From Myxococcota bacterium (GTDB lineage: Bacteria; Myxococcota_A; UBA796; CAJQPC01): DNA of 64,000 nt. The DNA lies in the NCBI GenBank assembly GCA_036012755.1, contig DASCPX010000059.1:64001-128000 (forward strand), in the 5' to 3' direction. Both the position numbers and the translations under genes were made by a program. Shown here piece by piece: positions 57,511 to 64,000 of this stretch. Each line of letters starts with the position of its first letter. The stretch's first letter is position 1. Under the pieces are notes generated by a model that did not search any database, was not told the DNA's origin, and saw only the letters and a program-made list of their open reading frames with translations.

Positions 57511-59142
57511 ATGCAGCCCATCACCGAAGTCGCCGCCCGCCTTGGCCTCTCCCAAGAGGACCTCGTCCTCTACGGAAGCCACAAAGCCAAGGTGAAGCTC
57601 TCGGTCCTCGATCGACCCAGAAGCGGCCCCCCCGCAAGGCTCGTGCTGGTGTCAGCCATCACGCCGACCCCTGCGGGCGAGGGCAAGACGACCACCAGCA
57701 TCGGCCTCGCACAGGCCCTCGACATGCTCGGGGAGAAGCCCTGTCTGGCCCTGCGAGAACCCAGCCTGGGCCCCTGCTTCGGCGTGAAGGGCGGAGGCAC
57801 CGGCGGTGGCCTGTGCAAGGTCGAGCCCCACGTCGACATCAACCTGCACTTCAACGGCGACTTCCACGCGATCACCTCCGCCCACAACCTCGTGGCCTCT
57901 GTGATCGACAACCACCTCCACTTCTGGACGAAGCTCCGCATCGACCCCCGCCACGTGGTCTGGCCGCGGGTGCTCGACCTCAACGACCGGGCCCTGCGCG
58001 GCGTGACACTCGGTCTGGGCGGTCCCACCCAGGGCATGCCTCGACAGTGCAGCTTCGACATCACCGCGGCCAGCGAGGTCATGGCGATCCTCTGCCTGGC
58101 GGAGTCGCGAGAGGACCTCCGGCGTCGCCTCGACAACGTGCTGGTCGCCTACCGCCCAAAAATGGGTCCGTTGTACTTGCGGGACCTCGGCATCACCGGC
58201 GCGCTGATGGCCCTGCTCAAGGACGCCATCGTGCCCAACCTCGTCCAGACGATCGAGGGCACACCGGCGCTGTTGCACGGCGGGCCCTTCGCGAACATCG
58301 CCCACGGCTGCAACTCGGTGCTCGCCACGCGCATGGCCTCGCAGCTGGCCGACTGGGTCATCACAGAGGCCGGCTTCGGCTTCGATCTCGGGGCCGAGAA
58401 GTTCTTCGACATCAAGTGTGCGGGCGCGGGGCTGAACCCCAACGCGGTCGTGCTGGTCGCCACGGTCCGAGCGCTGAAGATGCACGGCGGTGTTGGCCAG
58501 AAGGACCTGACGACGCCGGACCCGGAGGCAGTCCAGCGAGGACTCGCCAACCTCGACAAGCACATCGAGAACGTCCAGGCCTTCGGCAAGCCGCCGATCA
58601 TCTGCCTGAACCGCTTCGGGACCGACAGCGACGACGAGATCGCCACGGTGCGGGAGCGCTGCGCGGCGCTTGGCCTGCCCTTCGCCGAGTCCGACCACTT
58701 CATGCGCGGTGGCGAAGGCGCTCTGGAGCTCGCTCGCGTGGTGGTCCAGCACACTCCGGTGGAGCCCTCTCCCTTGAAGACGCTGTATGACTGGAGCGAG
58801 CCGATCCCGGCCAAGATCGCCAAGGTGGCGGCGACGATCTACGGCGCCCGGGACGTCGTGTACACGAAGCAGGCGGCTCGTGATCTCAGGCGCCTGCGCG
58901 CCCTCGGCTTCGAGGATCTGCCGGTCTGCATCGCCAAGACCCAGAGCTCCTTGTCGGACGACCCCAAGCTGCGCGGTCGCCCGCGGGACTTCGAGATCAC
59001 GGTGCGCGGGCTGCAGGTGAACTCGGGGGCCGGCTTCGTCGTCGTGCTCACCGGTGACCTGCTGCGCATGCCTGGCCTGCCCCGGCGACCCCAGGCGCTG
59101 GACGTGGACCTCGTCGATGGCGAGATCGTGGGCATCGGTTGA
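57511..59142 (+). CDS. fhs: Formate--tetrahydrofolate ligase
   Basis: TPTPAGEGKTT, LREPSLGP, HGGPFANIAHG, TEAGFG.DLGAEKF, CIAKTQ, MPGLP. Confidence 0.97.
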   Translation: MQPITEVAARLGLSQEDLVLYGSHKAKVKLSVLDRPRSGPPARLVLVSAITPTPAGEGKTTTSIGLAQALDMLGEKPCLALREPSLGPCFGVKGGGTGGGLCKVEPHVDINLHFNGDFHAITSAHNLVASVIDNHLHFWTKLRIDPRHVVWPRVLDLNDRALRGVTLGLGGPTQGMPRQCSFDITAASEVMAILCLAESREDLRRRLDNVLVAYRPKMGPLYLRDLGITGALMALLKDAIVPNLVQTIEGTPALLHGGPFANIAHGCNSVLATRMASQLADWVITEAGFGFDLGAEKFFDIKCAGAGLNPNAVVLVATVRALKMHGGVGQKDLTTPDPEAVQRGLANLDKHIENVQAFGKPPIICLNRFGTDSDDEIATVRERCAALGLPFAESDHFMRGGEGALELARVVVQHTPVEPSPLKTLYDWSEPIPAKIAKVAATIYGARDVVYTKQAARDLRRLRALGFEDLPVCIAKTQSSLSDDPKLRGRPRDFEITVRGLQVNSGAGFVVVLTGDLLRMPGLPRRPQALDVDLVDGEIVGIG

Positions 59143-59165
59143 AGTCCCAGAGATAGGGTCCACCC

Positions 59166-60644
59166 ATGGAGAAGAAGGGCGCCCGGCGGCACGAGCTCCT
59201 CGAGCGCCTCGAGGAGGCCGGCGGACTTCGGCCAGGCCTCGCCAGGGAGATCTCGGCCGAGACCGGCGTGCCGGAGGCCGACGTCTACGGGGTCGCCACC
59301 TTCTATGGGCTGATCGCGCGACCCGGGGCGCGGATCTGCCAGGGTCTGTCCTGCCGGCTGGCCAGGGCCGACACGCCAGAGGACATCGAGGCCGTGAGCT
59401 GCCTCGGCCAGTGTGACCGCGCCCCTGTCGCCCTGGATGGGGACATGGGCGTGCTCGGGGGCGAGCGCGGCGTGGTCCTGCCCGACGATCCGGACCTGCC
59501 GATCAACCTCGGGGGCGAGGACGACAGGAGCTTCGCGAGGCTAACGGCGGCCCGGGCGATGGGGAGGGACGCCTTCTTCGCCGAGCTGGAGGTCTCTGGG
59601 CTTCAGGGCCGCGGCGGCGCCGGCTTCCCGGCCTCGATCAAGTGGGACGCCGTCTTGCGGGAGGGCGCGGCGACGAAGCACGTCGTCGTCAACGCGGACG
59701 AGGGCGAGCCGGGGACCTTCAAGGACCGCGAGGTCATGCTGCGCCGACCCCATCGCCTCATCGAGGGCATGGCCATCGCCGCCTGGTTCGTCGGCGCAGA
59801 CACTGCCCATGTCTACATCCGCGGCGAGTTCCACCAGCCCCGTCTCCAGCTCGAGCGCGCCCTGGCCGAAGCGAAGCCGCGCCTCGGCTCGCTGGACGTG
59901 CGCGTCGTGACCGGGCACGGGGCCTACATCTGCGGCGAGGAGACCGCGCTCCTGGAGGCCATGGAGGGGCGCCGGGGCATGCCTCGGCTGAAGCCGCCGT
60001 ACCCGACCGAGGCGGGGCTCTTCGGCCTGCCGACGTTGATCAACAACGTCGAGACCCTGGCCTGCGTGCCCTCCATCGTCGAGCGAGGTGGCGCCTGGTT
60101 CCGCGAGCGTGGGCGGACGGAGCCGGGCACCAAGCTCTACTGCATCTCCGGCCACGTCCAGACCCCCGGCGTCTACGAGCTGCCCCTGGGCAGCACCATG
60201 AACGAGCTCGTCGCGGCCGCCGGCGGTCCGCTTGGGGCGCCCCGGGCCTTCTCACCAGGAGGCGCCTCCAGCGGCTTCCTGCCGATGTCGATGGCCGATG
60301 TGCCGCTCGACTTCAAGGGCCTGGTCGAGGTCGGCTCGATGCTCGGGAGCGCAGGCGCCGTCTTGCTGAACGACACGGTCGACATGGCTCGGGCGGCCAG
60401 GTGGCAGCAGGTCTTCTTCGAGGACGAGACCTGCGGCCAGTGTGCCCCCTGCCGCATCGGCTGCAGCCTCCAGCGCAGCGCCATCGACCGCTTCCTGGCG
60501 AGCCGGGATCCGGCCACCCTGGAGCACGTCGAAGAGGTCCACTGGGAGATGGAGGAGGGCAGCATCTGCGGCCTGGGCATGGTCGCGAGCCTGCCGCTGG
60601 TGAGCGCGATGAAGCACTTCCCGGAGGACTTCGGGTCGTCTTGA
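59166..60644 (+). CDS. NAD-linked formate dehydrogenase diaphorase subunit (NuoE-NuoF-like fusion)
   Basis: 2Fe-2S ligands CQGLSC and CLGQC; GRGGAGFP, NADEGEPGTFKDR, GAYICGEETAL, CGQCAPC...CGLG. Confidence 0.92.
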   Translation: MEKKGARRHELLERLEEAGGLRPGLAREISAETGVPEADVYGVATFYGLIARPGARICQGLSCRLARADTPEDIEAVSCLGQCDRAPVALDGDMGVLGGERGVVLPDDPDLPINLGGEDDRSFARLTAARAMGRDAFFAELEVSGLQGRGGAGFPASIKWDAVLREGAATKHVVVNADEGEPGTFKDREVMLRRPHRLIEGMAIAAWFVGADTAHVYIRGEFHQPRLQLERALAEAKPRLGSLDVRVVTGHGAYICGEETALLEAMEGRRGMPRLKPPYPTEAGLFGLPTLINNVETLACVPSIVERGGAWFRERGRTEPGTKLYCISGHVQTPGVYELPLGSTMNELVAAAGGPLGAPRAFSPGGASSGFLPMSMADVPLDFKGLVEVGSMLGSAGAVLLNDTVDMARAARWQQVFFEDETCGQCAPCRIGCSLQRSAIDRFLASRDPATLEHVEEVHWEMEEGSICGLGMVASLPLVSAMKHFPEDFGSS

Positions 60645-60671
60645 CCCGCGGGCCCTTCGTCCCAGACCGTC

Positions 60672-60740
60672 GAGATTCCCGGGGACGGAATCGACCAGGA
60701 CTGTGGCTCGTCCTGCTCGTCGTCCTTCCTGGGCGCCGGA
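60672..60740 (+). pseudogene. Scar of a MopE-repeat / CTERM-anchored gene between FDH subunits
   Basis: Intergenic DNA translates to EIPGDGIDQDC (MopE-like repeat), followed in another frame by LWLVLLVVLPGRR. Confidence 0.5.
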
Positions 60741-60772
60741 CAGGGGACCTGGGGCTGGTACGGTGAAGGACC

Positions 60773-63463
60773 ATGAAGCTCACCATCGACGGGACCGTGG
60801 TCGAGGCCGGCGAAGGCGAGACCGTGCTGACCTGCGCCGAGCGGCTTGGCATCGAGATCCCCACCCTCTGCAACGACCAGCGGCTCGAGCCCATGGGGGC
60901 CTGCCGCATGTGCCTCGTGGAGATCGAGGGACAGCGGCGGCTCCAGCCCAGCTGTGCCCTGTCCGCGAGCGAGGGCATGGTCGTCTCGACCGGCTCGGCC
61001 CGCGTCCAGCGTCACCGCCAGGTGCTCCTGTCGATGTACCTGGCCGACCACGAGCTCGACGAGGACGACCTTCCTCGGGAGCGGGGCACAGGCAACCGCC
61101 TGCGCGCTTTCGCCCTCCGACACGGGACGGGCCCCCGCCTCTCGACCCTCGACACACCGAGAGCCAGCCGGGCGGACGACAACCCATACGTGCACTTCGA
61201 CCCGGAAGCCTGCGTGCTCTGCAACCTCTGCGTGCGCTACTGCGACGAGGTCGAGGCCGTCAGCGCCATCACCCTGGCCGGACGGGGGGCGAACACCACC
61301 ATCGCGACCGCCGAGGGGGTCGGGCTGCTCGACACCAGCTGCGAGCTCTGCGGCGGCTGCATCGCGGTCTGCCCCACCGGCGCCATGACCGAGAAGCCCT
61401 CGCTCCAGAGCGACTGGCGGCAGGAGAGCAAGGTCCGCACTACCTGCGCCTACTGCGGGGTCGGCTGCCAGCTGGACCTGCACGTGCGCGAGGACCGGGT
61501 GGTGCGGGTGAGTCCGCCGGAGCCCGGGACCACGGTCAACGACGGCAACCTCTGCATCAAGGGCCGCTTCGCCACCGAGTTCATCCACCACCCGGACCGT
61601 CTCACCGTGCCCCTCGTGCGGGGTCGGGACGGCGAGCTCCACGAATCGACCTGGGAGGAGGCCCTGCGGGTCGCAGCCGAAGGCCTGCTCGGGGTGAAGG
61701 AGCGTAACGGCGCTGACAGCCTCGGGATCATCTCCAGCTCACGCTGCACGGGAGAGGAGAACTACCTCGCCCAGAAGCTCGCGCGCGCAGCATTCGGCAC
61801 GAACAATTGCCACCAGTGCGCGGCCACGTGACACGCCCCGACGGTCGCCGGTCTGGTGACGATGTTCGGCGCGGGGGCCATGACCAACTCCATCCCGGAG
61901 ATTCGTGACACAGAGCTGATGTTCGTCATCGGCTCCAACACGACGGAGGCCCACCCCGTCATCGCCATGGAGATGAAGCGGGCCGCCCGGGCCGGGGCGA
62001 GGCTGATCGTCGCCGATCCGCGGCGGATCTGGTTGGCCGAGATCGCCGATCTCCACCTGCAGCTGAAGCCCGGCACCGACGTGGCGCTGCTGACGGCGAT
62101 GGCCCACGTCATCATCCGGGAGGGGCTGCACGACGAGGCCTTCATCGCCGAGCACTGCGAAGGCTTCGAGCGTGTCGTCGAGGCCGTGGCCGAATGCACC
62201 CCCGAGTGGGCGAGCGGGATCACGAGCGTCCCGGCTGCCGACATCGAGACCGCCGCTCGCTGGTACGCGACCACGGATCGGGCAGGCATCTACTACACCC
62301 TCGGCGTCACCGAGCACACCCACGGGACCGACAACGTCTACGGCCTCGCCAACTTGGTGCTGATGACCGGCCACCTCGGCAAGCGCTCATGCGGCCTGAA
62401 CCCGCTGCGAGGCCAGAACAACGTGCAGGGCGCAAACGACGCCGGCGCCAGCCCGGTCTTCTACCCGGGCTACCAGCGCGTCAGCGACGCGGCGGCCCGC
62501 GAGAAGCTCGAGGCGGCCTGGGGCGTGTCGCTGCCGAGTGGCGCCGGGCTGAACCTCAACGTGATGATGAAGAAGCTGGGCACGGAGATCCACGGGCTCT
62601 ACGTCATCGGCGAGGACGTCGTGGTCTCCGAGCCCAACGCCGGACGCATCGAGGAGGGGCTCAACGCCCTCGAGTTCCTGGTGGTCCAGGACATCTTCCT
62701 CAACGAGACCGCCAGGTTCGCCGACGTCATCCTGCCCGCGGCTTGCTTCGCCGAGAAAGAGGGGGTCTTCACGAACTCGGACCGCCGGGTCCAGCGGGTG
62801 CGCAAGGCCGTCGAGCCCCCCGGAGAGGCCCGCCCCGACTGGCAGATCCTCTGCGAGCTCAGCACGACCGTCGGCTACCCGATGTCCTACTCCCACCCCC
62901 GCGAGATCTATGCGGAGATGGCCTCGCTGGCGCCGAAGTTCGCCGGCATCTCGCACGAGCGCATCGAGGCCGAGGGTGGGCTGCAGTGGCCCTGCGAGGC
63001 CCCTGACCAACCGGGCACGCCCACCCTCCATGGAGACGGCCCGATCCGCGGCCGCGGGCTCTTCCAGGCCATCGCCTATCGCCCCAGCGCGGAGCTCCCC
63101 GACGCCGAGTACGACCTGCTGTTGAGCACCGGACGCACGCTCTACCACTACAACTCGGCGACCCAGACCCGCCGTGGCGCTGGCTCCATGGCCAAGCAGC
63201 CCAGCAACTTCGTCGAGATGAACAAGCGTGACGCTCGGAAGCGGGGCCTGTCCGACGGCGAGGAGGTCCGGGTGACCAGCCGCCGCGGCGAGGTCACCGC
63301 CCGGGTCCTCTACAGCCCGCGCATGCGCCCTGGCTGCGTGTGGATGCCCCTGCACTTCCCGGAGGAGAACACGAACCGGCTCACGAACGACGCCGGTGAC
63401 GCGGTCACCCAGACCGCCGAGTACAAGGTCTGCGCGGTCAGGGTCGAGCCTGTCGCGAGCTGA
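60773..63463 (+). CDS. fdhF: Selenocysteine-containing Mo/W formate dehydrogenase alpha subunit (896 aa with UGA read as Sec)
   Basis: The two track ORFs are in one frame, separated by TGA 61829-61831 in NNCHQCAAT-U-HAPTVAGL, the Sec/Cys-His active-site position; also RGQNNVQG, CAYCGVGC, 2Fe-2S and ferredoxin motifs. Confidence 0.93.
61844..61860 (+). promoter_or_regulatory. Bacterial SECIS-like hairpin
   Basis: GTCGCC-GGTCT-GGTGAC stem-loop 12 nt after the UGA, with an apical GGUCU like the E. coli fdhF SECIS. Confidence 0.75.
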
Positions 63464-63515
63464 CGGATTGTCCGCGCAAATGACACGGCACGTGGTGGGT
63501 TTACGCTACTCGGAC

Positions 63516-63800
63516 TCAGCCGAGCCGGTCCCTCGCCTTGTCCGCCAGGGACGTCCAGCCCGCCTTCTCGGCGACGTCGAGGGCGCGTTCCCAGTCTTCT
63601 GTGGCCACAGCTACGTCCCATCGGGCCCGCAGCGCACGCCGGCGCCGCTCCAGCTCCCTCTCCCCGTGTCGCAGCAGGCCCCTGGCCAGCGCCGACGATG
63701 GCTGGGCCTCGAGCAGCTCCGCCGCTTGTTCGACGAGCTCCGACCAGGCTTGACGACGGAAGAGCTCCTGCAGTCTCGCCTCGTCGGACACCTCGGTCAT
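63516..63800 (-). CDS. Small helical hypothetical protein
   Basis: GAGG RBS; 94 aa; downstream of sdhB on the same strand. Confidence 0.6.
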   Translation of the reverse strand: MTEVSDEARLQELFRRQAWSELVEQAAELLEAQPSSALARGLLRHGERELERRRRALRARWDVAVATEDWERALDVAEKAGWTSLADKARDRLG

Positions 63801-63848
63801 GCGTTCCTCTATCTCGCGGGCGCCATCTGCCAGTGCTGCTCCGAGGAG

Positions 63849-64000
63849 CTACTTGCCCATCAGCTTCGCCACGACGAGGTCGCGGTTCATGCGGGCGATG
63901 TTGCCGAGGCTGATGCCCTTGGGGCACACCTCTGCGCACTCGCCGAAGTTGGTGCAGCCGCCGAAGCCCTCTGAGTCCATCTGGTCGACCATGTTCGCGG
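63849..64000 (-). CDS. sdhB: Succinate dehydrogenase/fumarate reductase Fe-S subunit (3' end only)
   Basis: Own translation: [39 protein letters not shown]...K*. Confidence 0.9.
   Translation of the reverse strand, partial: ANMVDQMDSEGFGGCTNFGECAEVCPKGISLGNIARMNRDLVVAKLMGK

Overview
Strongly GC-rich bacterial chromosome segment, most consistent with an uncultured Myxococcota-like organism (MopE-type Cys/Asp repeats, MYXO-CTERM-like tails, tandem lspA/lgt); this taxonomy is inferred. The window holds about 55 genes. Recognisable blocks: an unusual ECF-type ABC transporter operon, a HEAT-repeat plus degenerate HD-GYP pair, an RNB exoribonuclease, a LolA-like/LolCDE-like export operon, a papain-family protease-TM-LysM gene, cobB, ETF-quinone oxidoreductase, lspA-lspA-lgt-lgt, comEC, dapC-dapD, moaC, a soluble-adenylyl-cyclase-like STAND protein divergent from a tandem cNMP-binding protein, and an fhs + NAD-linked formate dehydrogenase cluster whose alpha subunit has an in-frame UGA (selenocysteine) followed by a SECIS-like hairpin. 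The most striking pattern is about ten lipoproteins with only 6-9 uncharged residues before the lipobox Cys, plus several secreted proteins with 10-11 residue leaders, in a window that also carries duplicated, divergent Lgt and LspA. This may point to a non-canonical minimal-signal export and lipidation system. Other notable signals: a free-standing prodomain-like gene coupled to the LysM protease, a sigma-54 promoter whose -12 box is expanded to (TTGCT)x6, and many hollowed-out gene remnants (internal deletions, nonsense TGA at likely Trp positions, short tandem duplications). No rRNA, tRNA, CRISPR array or intact mobile element was seen. All family assignments come from motif recognition by eye, not from database searches.
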